NCBI GenBank assembly: GCA_045046875.1 | Contig: JASFYY010000041.1 | Span: forward strand, 8,821-32,820 | From: Verrucomicrobiota bacterium | Lineage (GTDB): Bacteria > Verrucomicrobiota > Verrucomicrobiia > Verrucomicrobiales > DEV007 | Length of the DNA: 24,000 nucleotides | Direction of reading: 5' to 3' | Shown: in pieces, positions 1 through 6,604 of the stretch | Position numbering within the stretch: the first letter of the stretch is position 1 | Layout: every line of letters begins with the position of its first letter | Program-made: the position numbers and the translations under genes | Notes under the pieces: generated by a model | Database searches by the model: none | Told to the model about the DNA's origin: nothing | The model's input: the letters and a program-made list of their open reading frames with translations, nothing else

Positions 1-564
1 TATTTATGTTGGATGAATTTTTGTCTGAAATATAATCCTCAAATGAGATTCTACCTCTCGGATGCCTGGCCGCAGTTGGGGCAATTTGGGGCTATCCCTT
101 CTAGTGAAACGCAAATTTCATTTGAGTCCATTGCTAAAAAGGGACGTGAAAGGAATGCCCTTTTTCAAAAATTAATCAATTCATTAAACCGATCCTATCC
201 GGGGAAAGCTTTCATCCTTCCCACTAGTGACGCTATGGTGCTCGCAGTGAAATATTACAAACAAGGTAAACTTCCTGGCGTTCAAGGTTTACACCAATTG
301 ATCGGAAACAAAAAGCGCTCACTGTGGAAAGATCGTCTCGGACATCTCGGCCCAGGCTTTGGTGATTTAGAAGGTTACGTCTTCTATTCTGCCCTATATG
401 GTCGTTCCCCCGAGCTCATCAAAAGTGATTTCAGACCTGATATGAACCAGCCTTTTCCCAGTAAAGAACTCGATCAGGTCTTTCGTGAAATCGCATGGAT
501 CGCAGTAACTCAAAACCCGCTCTCCGGTGTGACAGATAAGGATAATAATGGTCTGGCGGATTGA
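1..564 (+). CDS. hypothetical protein, C-terminal part (5' end probably outside window)
   Basis: The reading frame is open from base 1 (tat tta tgt tgg ATG...) to the TGA at 562-564. The listed 13..564 ORF is therefore probably the tail of a longer gene. No family motif recognised. It ends in an acidic ...TDKDNNGLAD tail. Confidence 0.5.
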   Translation, partial: YLCWMNFCLKYNPQMRFYLSDAWPQLGQFGAIPSSETQISFESIAKKGRERNALFQKLINSLNRSYPGKAFILPTSDAMVLAVKYYKQGKLPGVQGLHQLIGNKKRSLWKDRLGHLGPGFGDLEGYVFYSALYGRSPELIKSDFRPDMNQPFPSKELDQVFREIAWIAVTQNPLSGVTDKDNNGLAD

Positions 565-589
565 TGTCCGCCATGTAGCCTCAGATCAA

Positions 590-1103
590 ATGAAAAATTT
601 CAGACTTCTTGTTATGGCTACGTTCTTATGTTCTGCCTTTTCCCTCGCCGCAGAAAAAGATCGAGAAGATCAGTGGGCAACACGTGCGGGTGGAGATAAA
701 AACGACAAAGCCCGCGGGATTTGTTCTGATAAAGAGGGTTCGATTTTTGTGACGGGTGGGATTTCGAGTAATGGCGATTTCGAAGATCATAATCTGGAAT
801 CCAGCGGAAACTTGGATTTCCTTCTCGCTAAACTGGATTCGCATGGAAAATTGATATGGGCAGCCACTGCAAGGAGGCGGAGGGGTGGATCGCGGCTACG
901 CGGTTTCTCTTGATGGCAATGGCGGATGTTTTGTGACAGGACACTTTGAAAGCAATGTTATGAATTTCGGGACGATTGAGTTGAAAAATTCCGGTGGGTA
1001 TGATGGCTTCGTGGCGCGATTTGGTAAACAAATATCCTTTGCCCCGTGGGCGGGGGGCTATGGAGGGCAAGAGAGCAGGGGAGGTGGGAAAGCAAATTTT
1101 TAG
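590..1103 (+). pseudogene. SBBP (beta-propeller) repeat protein, frameshifted and truncated
   Basis: The ATG at 590 gives a signal peptide, MKNFRLLVMATFLCSAFSLAAEKD. SBBP-like repeat text follows: GGDKNDKARGICSDKEGSIFVTGG...DFLLAKLDSHGKLIWAAT. That frame then decays into ARRRRGGSRLRGFS*. The +1 frame continues the repeat as GGGGVDRGYAVSLDGNGGCFVTGHFES...GYDGFVARFG. The two track ORFs (548..913 and 885..1103) join if one base is removed near 866-873. Only about 2 repeats are present before the stop at 1103. Confidence 0.5.
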
Positions 1104-1125
1104 CAGTCAGTTATAAGGACAAAAT

Positions 1126-1518
1126 ATGAAAAAGGTTTCAGTGATAGTCATCGTATTAATACTTGTCGCACTAGGTATTTTTTTTGCGACCCAATCAAGT
1201 CTGAAGAGCTCAGCTGAAAAGGTGCTGAGCCTTTTCAACGAAGGGCAATATGAACAAGTTTATAAAGACTCGCTTATGTCAAAACGCATGAGTTTTAGCC
1301 AATTTTCAGGTTCTATGGGTATTGGGTTTAAACGTGATATCACTAAGGCAAAAAAGATTTCCTGGAAGGCCACTGGCGAACAAGATTCCCAACCATACAT
1401 ATATGGTGATTTCAAATATCCAGATGGAGAAATTGAAGATTTGACCTTTTGGTTTATTAAGAGAAAAGGTGACTACCTTTTATTTGATATAAGCCCTGAA
1501 ACCCCAAAAAACCAGTGA
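1126..1518 (+). CDS. small N-terminally membrane-anchored hypothetical protein
   Basis: 130-aa ORF. An ATG is preceded by taaggacaaaat. The N-terminus is hydrophobic (KKVSVIVIVLILVALGIFFA) and is followed by a soluble domain. The gene is tightly packed with the next two ORFs. Confidence 0.6.
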   Translation: MKKVSVIVIVLILVALGIFFATQSSLKSSAEKVLSLFNEGQYEQVYKDSLMSKRMSFSQFSGSMGIGFKRDITKAKKISWKATGEQDSQPYIYGDFKYPDGEIEDLTFWFIKRKGDYLLFDISPETPKNQ

Positions 1519-1530
1519 GGCAATAAAAGG

Positions 1531-1680
1531 ATGAAAACACCTATGCTACCAGTCCATACACCCGAAGATTTGGCTGGAGGTATCTCTGAAAAACAATTAA
1601 AATCCATTCAGCGAGATCGCCGTTACCTCACTGGGGATGGTTTTGTTCTGGAGAATAAAAAGAAAATTCCTATTAGTTAA
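1531..1680 (+). CDS. possible 49-aa small protein (below the ORF-track cutoff)
   Basis: My own translation is MKTPMLPVHTPEDLAGGISEKQLKSIQRDRRYLTGDGFVLENKKKIPIS*. It exactly fills the gap between the stop at 1518 and the ATG at 1683, with 12-nt and 2-nt spacers. There is no homology evidence. Confidence 0.3.
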   Translation: MKTPMLPVHTPEDLAGGISEKQLKSIQRDRRYLTGDGFVLENKKKIPIS

Positions 1681-1682
1681 AC

Positions 1683-2342
1683 ATGCATCTTCCGGCAACA
1701 GGCAAGCAGATTCGAAATGTCGCCATTTTCACAGCGATCTATCTTGTCGCCGCGGCATTAACCACTCTGTCTACCCGCAATTTTGAATTTGTTTTTTATC
1801 TGGTGACGATGCTGTTGATGATCGCTGCGGTTTACGTGGTTCATCGCCGTGTTGGTATCAGTAACGGAGTGCTCTGGGGGCTCAGTCTGTGGGGTCTGTT
1901 GCACATGATCGGCGGACTCATGCCCATTCCAAACGACTGGTCTCAAAATACCGATCCCGGGGTAGGCGGTGTCGTTTATAACTGGTGGTTGATTCCAGAT
2001 CATCTGAAGTATGACCAGATTATTCATGCTTACGGGTTTGCCATCACCACCTGGCTGTGCTGGCAGGGATTGAGTTCAATTGCTAACACCCGGAGCGATG
2101 AACCCCTGCGCCCCACACTCGGTCTTATGACGATTTGTGCTGCGGCAGGCATGGGTTTTGGAGCACTTAACGAAATTATCGAGTTCATCGCCACACTCAC
2201 CCTTCCGCAAACCAATGTAGGTGGTTATATCAACACGGGTTGGGATCTGGTTTACAACATGATCGGATCGATCATCGCAGTGATCCTCATTTATCTAACT
2301 CAAGGCAAAACGACAGCTGCGTCTCAAGTGGAAAATCAGTAA
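1683..2342 (+). CDS. polytopic inner-membrane protein, family not confidently recognised
   Basis: 219-aa ORF with about 6 hydrophobic segments, for example IFTAIYLVAAALTTL, FVFYLVTMLLMIAAVYVV, VLWGLSLWGLLHMIGGL, YGFAITTWLCW, LMTICAAAGMGFGAL and LVYNMIGSIIAVILIYL. It also carries a NEIIEF motif. Confidence 0.7.
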   Translation: MHLPATGKQIRNVAIFTAIYLVAAALTTLSTRNFEFVFYLVTMLLMIAAVYVVHRRVGISNGVLWGLSLWGLLHMIGGLMPIPNDWSQNTDPGVGGVVYNWWLIPDHLKYDQIIHAYGFAITTWLCWQGLSSIANTRSDEPLRPTLGLMTICAAAGMGFGALNEIIEFIATLTLPQTNVGGYINTGWDLVYNMIGSIIAVILIYLTQGKTTAASQVENQ

Positions 2343-2351
2343 ATCACCAGC

Positions 2352-2368
2352 AAAGGCTTGCCTTTTTT
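2352..2368 (+). terminator. weak candidate intrinsic terminator after the 1683..2342 gene
   Basis: AAAGG (2352-2356), loop cttg, CCTTT (2361-2365), then TTT. The stem is only 5 bp, so support is weak. Confidence 0.25.
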
Positions 2369-2503
2369 GGCTATCGGGCTTGATGATGGAAAACATTCAA
2401 TGCTGAAAATGAACGGGATAACCCCCTTCTTTCCCATTGCCTCATTTCAGTCGATTGAATTGAAGCAACGAATATGGAAATTTGTGTTATGGGGGGACGC
2501 TTG

Positions 2504-4456
2504 TTAGCGTCTGAACCAGCCGCGCTTTTTGGGGGGGGCGTTGAGGGGGGCGGGTCTGGTGGGTTCGTCGAATTCTGAATCGTCGATCACTCCGGGCAGG
2601 GCGTGGGCTTCTTGGGCCTTTTGAGGTGCAGAGCCGATCAAGGCCGGGCCTTGGTTGGGTGGGGTCATCTGGCTGCCGGATTCGCGCACGCTTGTTTGCG
2701 CGGCGGGTTTCTTTTTTTCGGGCAGGGAAAAACCCGCGGCTCCGTCCACAATGGTTTCGATTTCGCCTGAGCGGGAGAGCTGCAGGGACTCGAGCAATTC
2801 GGCCAGCTGTTCGAGGAAAAGGTGCAGGTCGAAGGTCACCACACAGTCGTTCACTGCGTTATAATTTTCCTGTAAAAACTTGCGTAAGGAGTTGAGGGCT
2901 AGGAATAAGGATTCGTCTGGGATGGACCCATACTCGAAGTGGGTGCCGAGCACCAGTTGCTCGGTGATGGCGATGAAGTTTTTATACAGCATGCCCTCTG
3001 CGCTGGGGCATTTCTCCCGGTTGAGGCCGCTCTCGATGCGTCCGGCGGGAGGGGCGGCGATGAGGCCCTCGGTGGTGGGGTAACAGCGCAGTTTGAGCGA
3101 AAAATCGGGCCAATGATCCACCCGGCGCTTTTGCAACTCACGGGTGCGGAAGCGGGTTTCGTGGGGGAAGTGAATCTGGATGCTGTGGATCGACAGGCCG
3201 AGGATGGGGATGCGTGCCTCTTTGGCTTGATTGATGGCGTGGCGGATGAGGTTGAGCAGGATGATCGTCTCGACGGCCTCGAGCTGGTTGTGACGCAGGG
3301 CGAGGAAGTCGGAGAGGGAAAAACCGATGGTGGGCTCTTCGACCACCAGAATGGCTTGCTCAACTTCCCGGATTTCCCGGGCGGGCAGCAAATAGCTGTG
3401 AACGGCGGGGTCGATCTTGGCGAGATCCTGTTGCAGCCTTTTGCACTCAATCTCAGGCCAGGTGTGGGCGCGTGGCAGGATGTGGATGTTGGTTTCTACC
3501 TTGGAGCCATCGAGCTCAAACTCGGCGGTTTCGGTGTAGATGTGGTAGTCATCCTCGGCGGCCTCAGTGATCTGGTATTGGCCGGCGAACTCTTTTTTGA
3601 GATCCAGATCTGAAAACAGTTTTTGTTTCAAGCGAAAGGCGGGCAGCAGGCGTTTGGCAATGGGTGGGGACTTGAACCGCGAGCCCTTGGTGATTTTTGG
3701 CGAGACCGCGCTGTAGGCATCACGCAGTTCTTTGCGGAATTCGGTCAGTGAGGTGGGGCCGTTGCCGGAAGTGGTGGAAAGGGTGTGCTTGAGAATGAAC
3801 TTCACGTTGGCGGGCAGGGTGTCCAGATCGGTGATCTGCTGGTCGCCGCCTTTGGGCTGGTAGGGTTTGGCGGTGAGCAGGAAATAGAGAATCTGGGCGA
3901 TGCCGGAAATCATCTTTTTCGGTTTGATGGTGACCGAGGGCAGTTTTTCATCGCAGGCGAGGCTGCAGTCGGAGATCTGCAGCGCCAGATGGGAGTGTTG
4001 GCTCGATACCACTTGCAGGCGGCCAAGGTTCAGGCCCTGCAGCAGGCGGGCTTTTGACTGCATTTGGAAAATGACATCGGTGAGCTGGATAGTGAGTGCC
4101 AGGGTCAGGGCGGTGTCGAGCGGGCCGTTGCGTTTGATGTAGGTGGTGATGGATTCGCCATCACTGATCTGGGTGGTGTAGTAGTGCAGGCCGTCGCTGT
4201 GGCCGACGTCGAGGATCTTGCAGCAACAGGGGCTGTGCAGGCTGGCAGCCATCCAGGCGCGATCGGTGAAGGACTTCCGGGTGTCTTCGTCGAAGCTTTC
4301 GCTTTCCGGCAGGATGTGCAGTTCGACCAGGCTCAGGGTTTCCGGATCAAAAGCCAGGCAGAGCATTTCCTTGGCGACCCCGGGGAAGGTCGCCGGGCTG
4401 CCGTCTGAACCTAAAGAGATAAAGTATCGACCAAACTGTTCTAGATCTTGAGTCAT
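2504..4456 (-). CDS. tandem protein-kinase-like (predicted pseudokinase) protein with Pro-rich C-terminal tail
   Basis: I place the start at the ATG at 4456 (MTQDLEQFGRYFISLG...). The 53 codons upstream in the track ORF lie in AT-rich spacer sequence.
Domain 1 keeps kinase landmarks:
- FGRY...LGSDGSPATF, like the Gly-loop.
- LVELHIL in place of VAIK.
- SLHSPCCCKILDVGHSDGLHYYTTQISDGESITTYI.
- LLQGLNLGRLQV in place of HRDLKPxN.
- ISDCSLA in place of DFG.
- A C-lobe segment, IAQILYFLLTAKPYQP.
Domain 2 repeats the pattern: FAGQYQI...IHIL...VVEEPTIGFSLSDFL...IPILGLSIHSIQI...MLYKNFIAITEQLVLG. No TM segment or signal peptide is seen. Confidence 0.7.
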   Translation of the reverse strand: MTQDLEQFGRYFISLGSDGSPATFPGVAKEMLCLAFDPETLSLVELHILPESESFDEDTRKSFTDRAWMAASLHSPCCCKILDVGHSDGLHYYTTQISDGESITTYIKRNGPLDTALTLALTIQLTDVIFQMQSKARLLQGLNLGRLQVVSSQHSHLALQISDCSLACDEKLPSVTIKPKKMISGIAQILYFLLTAKPYQPKGGDQQITDLDTLPANVKFILKHTLSTTSGNGPTSLTEFRKELRDAYSAVSPKITKGSRFKSPPIAKRLLPAFRLKQKLFSDLDLKKEFAGQYQITEAAEDDYHIYTETAEFELDGSKVETNIHILPRAHTWPEIECKRLQQDLAKIDPAVHSYLLPAREIREVEQAILVVEEPTIGFSLSDFLALRHNQLEAVETIILLNLIRHAINQAKEARIPILGLSIHSIQIHFPHETRFRTRELQKRRVDHWPDFSLKLRCYPTTEGLIAAPPAGRIESGLNREKCPSAEGMLYKNFIAITEQLVLGTHFEYGSIPDESLFLALNSLRKFLQENYNAVNDCVVTFDLHLFLEQLAELLESLQLSRSGEIETIVDGAAGFSLPEKKKPAAQTSVRESGSQMTPPNQGPALIGSAPQKAQEAHALPGVIDDSEFDEPTRPAPLNAPPKKRGWFRR

Positions 4457-4610
4457 TAAGCGTGAGCAGATTTTAACACTAGCTGATGCGTGGTTGGGTA
4501 GTTTGTTTGTGGTGGACGACTGATAGCGGGTATTTCTATAAAATGCGGAATAACTCGACAAGCTAAATATAAAGCCTTGTTGGGGAATTTCTCCTAAAAT
4601 TCTCAGACTT

Positions 4611-4637
4611 TTCACATAAGCTTCATCTTTATTTCAC
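4611..4637 (+). promoter_or_regulatory. cre-tag-like operator: TTCAC-N6-TTCAT-N6-TTCAC
   Basis: TTCAC sits at 4611-4615, TTCAT at 4622-4626 and TTCAC at 4633-4637. The phasing is exactly 11 bp. The repeat ends 22 nt before the ATG at 4660. The published E. coli CreB operator consensus is TTCAC-N6-TTCAC, and CreB/CreC homologues are encoded downstream on the same strand. Confidence 0.45.
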
Positions 4638-4659
4638 AAAGACTGACCAAGGTGAGGGC

Positions 4660-6495
4660 ATGAAATTATTCATTATTTGTATTTTGTGTTTAGGCGGTCT
4701 TGTGTTGGGGGGATTGAGTGCTGGTCTCCGGGCTGCGGAAGAGGAGACGGGGACGGGGTCGTTGATTATCGATTTTGATAAAGTGATCGCCGGGCCGGCG
4801 GACTTGAGGGAGGGGGTGGTGCCGGAGGGCAGGGTGACTTTGCCTTATGCGGAAATGCGACGCTTGTGGTTGGCGGTGCAGGAAAAAGGGGTGAAACCGG
4901 AGGAGGCGGTGTCTCCTATAGATGCGGTGGTGGCTTCCGCGGAGTATGATTTGCAGCTGGAAGAAGAGTTTTCGGTGATCACTGCTGACTACAGGGTCGA
5001 GGTGTTCACCGATGACTGGCGCATCATCCCGCTGGTCGGGGGTGCGCTCAGTCTCGAGCAAAGTGATGCGGGTGAGGGCAGTATTGTGCGCCGGGACGGA
5101 GCCTACGCGTTGATGGTCAAGGGGCGGGGGGAGTATGCGGTGCAGCTGATTCTGAGGGCGGCGGGATCGGAGAGCTGGTCACAGCACCAGGGCTTGAAGC
5201 TGCGTCCGGCGGCGGCGACTTTGAGTCGGCTGCGGGTGAGTGGTTTGTCGGACCAACAGTCTCTCCGTTTGCAGGGCGGGGATGAGAAGCGGGCGATTAT
5301 TTCGATGCAGACGGCCGTTGGCACGGAGTTTTTGCTGAATGGGGATGAACAGGAGTTGAATCTGGTTTTGGAATCAGCGGCCATGGCCGAGCAGTCGGCG
5401 GCGCTGGCCAATGCTCCGGTGGTGGAGAGTGTGTGGGAGATACAATCGCAGGTGTTTGTGCGTTATGCGGAGGGGCGTTTGCACTATGCGACGCGGGTTT
5501 TTGCGCAAAGTGACGCGGGTTCGGGTTTGTCGATGGAATTGATCCTGCCTCGTAAAGTGGCGGCGGTCGTGGTGGAGGGGGAGGATGTTGTTTCGTGGAG
5601 AATGGGGCGCAGCGAGCAGGGCTTGCGGAAATTGCATATTACCTGGCGAACAAGGGATCAACTGGATCGACGTTTCCGGCTTTCTTATGAGGTGGCGCAG
5701 TCACCGCTGTCAGAAAAATGGATGATATTGCCGCCGGCGCTCGAAGGTGAAGACCGGGTGGCCAGGCACTTGATGGCGATCGAGGTGGTGGAAGGTTTGG
5801 AATGGAAGGGGGAGGGGATCAGCGCGACTGTGGCTTCGCGACGTTTACCGCAGTGGTTGGGGGAACAGGTGAAGCAGGTGGAGTTTGTCACTGCGGAGTC
5901 GAGTGGGGAACTGCAGATCGAGGCGAAATGGTTGCCGGTATTGGAAACGGTGCAGGCGACGGTGAGCCAGGCAACCTTCAGCACACGTTTGGTGAAAGAC
6001 GGGGCGATGCTGGTCGAAGCGGAGTATCATGTTCAGCAGAGCGGGGCGCTGGATTGGACGGTGGATATCCCTTCTTTGGATCAGGTGCTGCGTTGTGAGG
6101 TGGATGGTCAGGCGGTGAAACCGGTCAGGCGCAGTGAGAATGAACTGGAGTTTCATCTCAAGGCTCCGACCTCGGGAGATCGTGGTGATGGCACGGTGGT
6201 GCGTTTTTCCTACGCTTTGCAGTCGAGTGCTTTTGACCCGGTGTCGGGGCAGGTGGTGGTGGAGTTGCCGCAAACGGATTTGTTTATTCATCGCTTGGAT
6301 TGGGACCTTGAAATTCCGCAAGCTTACGAAACGACGGCGATCGAGGGCAATGTGCAACTGGCTCCGGTGAAAGTGGATAGGAAAAAAAAGGAGCCAGTTG
6401 TTAAGAGGCATCTGATTCGTTTGCACAAGGAGCTCTGTCGTGGGGAACGGCCTTCGGTGGAGGTGTATTACCGTCGCCGGGGAATTGATGATTAA
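4660..6495 (+). CDS. exported hypothetical protein (611 aa), beta-rich, no recognised family
   Basis: It has a signal peptide, MKLFIICILCLGGLVLGGLSAGLRA/AEEE. It shows the GC-rich codon usage of the main genome. No further TM segment is present. The tail is basic (KKKEPVVKRH...YYRRRGIDD). Confidence 0.8.
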   Translation: MKLFIICILCLGGLVLGGLSAGLRAAEEETGTGSLIIDFDKVIAGPADLREGVVPEGRVTLPYAEMRRLWLAVQEKGVKPEEAVSPIDAVVASAEYDLQLEEEFSVITADYRVEVFTDDWRIIPLVGGALSLEQSDAGEGSIVRRDGAYALMVKGRGEYAVQLILRAAGSESWSQHQGLKLRPAAATLSRLRVSGLSDQQSLRLQGGDEKRAIISMQTAVGTEFLLNGDEQELNLVLESAAMAEQSAALANAPVVESVWEIQSQVFVRYAEGRLHYATRVFAQSDAGSGLSMELILPRKVAAVVVEGEDVVSWRMGRSEQGLRKLHITWRTRDQLDRRFRLSYEVAQSPLSEKWMILPPALEGEDRVARHLMAIEVVEGLEWKGEGISATVASRRLPQWLGEQVKQVEFVTAESSGELQIEAKWLPVLETVQATVSQATFSTRLVKDGAMLVEAEYHVQQSGALDWTVDIPSLDQVLRCEVDGQAVKPVRRSENELEFHLKAPTSGDRGDGTVVRFSYALQSSAFDPVSGQVVVELPQTDLFIHRLDWDLEIPQAYETTAIEGNVQLAPVKVDRKKKEPVVKRHLIRLHKELCRGERPSVEVYYRRRGIDD

Positions 6496-6511
6496 ACTTA
6501 TCAGTGGCTAG

Positions 6512-6544
6512 CGGTGGTTAACTAATATTTTAACCACTGATTTT
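6512..6544 (+). terminator. candidate intrinsic terminator or attenuator between the 611-aa gene and creD
   Basis: The stem pairs 6512-6521 (cgGTGGTTAA) with 6530-6539 (TTAACCACtg). It has 8 Watson-Crick pairs plus one G-T pair and one C-G pair. The loop is ctaatatt and A-TTTT follows at 6540-6544. It starts 17 nt after the stop at 6495. The stem is AT-rich. Confidence 0.35.
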
Positions 6545-6561
6545 CACTGATGGGCACTGAT
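6533..6561 (+). repeat. 3 x 10-bp direct repeat (nnCACTGATn)
   Basis: CACTGAT occurs at 6535-6541, 6545-6551 and 6555-6561. The flanks read aCCAC / TTCAC / GGCAC. The repeat lies 44-70 nt upstream of the creD-like ATG. Confidence 0.8.
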
Positions 6562-6571
6562 GTTAAAGAAC

Positions 6572-6591
6572 GAAGAATTAAGAAGAATCAA
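6572..6591 (+). repeat. 2 x 10-bp tandem repeat GAAGAATnAA
   Basis: gaagaattaa (6572-6581) is followed by gaagaatcaa (6582-6591), directly upstream of the creD-like start. Confidence 0.7.
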
Positions 6592-6604
6592 ACTATAAAA
6601 AATT

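Noticed and set aside
548-589. Upstream extension of the SBBP ORF that overlaps the end of the first gene.
   Set aside because: The internal ATG at 590 gives a proper signal peptide. The extension (MVWRIDVRHVASDQ) overlaps the preceding CDS.
2496-2511. Hairpin GACGC/GCGTC spanning the stop codon of the pseudokinase gene, considered as a terminator.
   Set aside because: The stem is only 5 bp. On the transcribed (minus) strand it is followed by a C-run rather than a U-run.
2626-4451. Plus-strand ORFs inside the pseudokinase gene (for example 2939..3613 at 224 aa, 4064..4408, 3785..4057).
   Set aside because: These are antisense shadow ORFs of a GC-rich gene. Their translations are Gly/Ala/Val/Arg-rich and low in complexity, with no motifs, and they fully overlap a better-supported CDS.
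4457-4615. 53-codon N-terminal extension of the 703-aa track ORF (MKSLRILGEIPQQGF...).
   Set aside because: It falls in the AT-rich divergent spacer and its composition is unlike the rest of the gene. The kinase-like fold begins right after the internal ATG at 4456.
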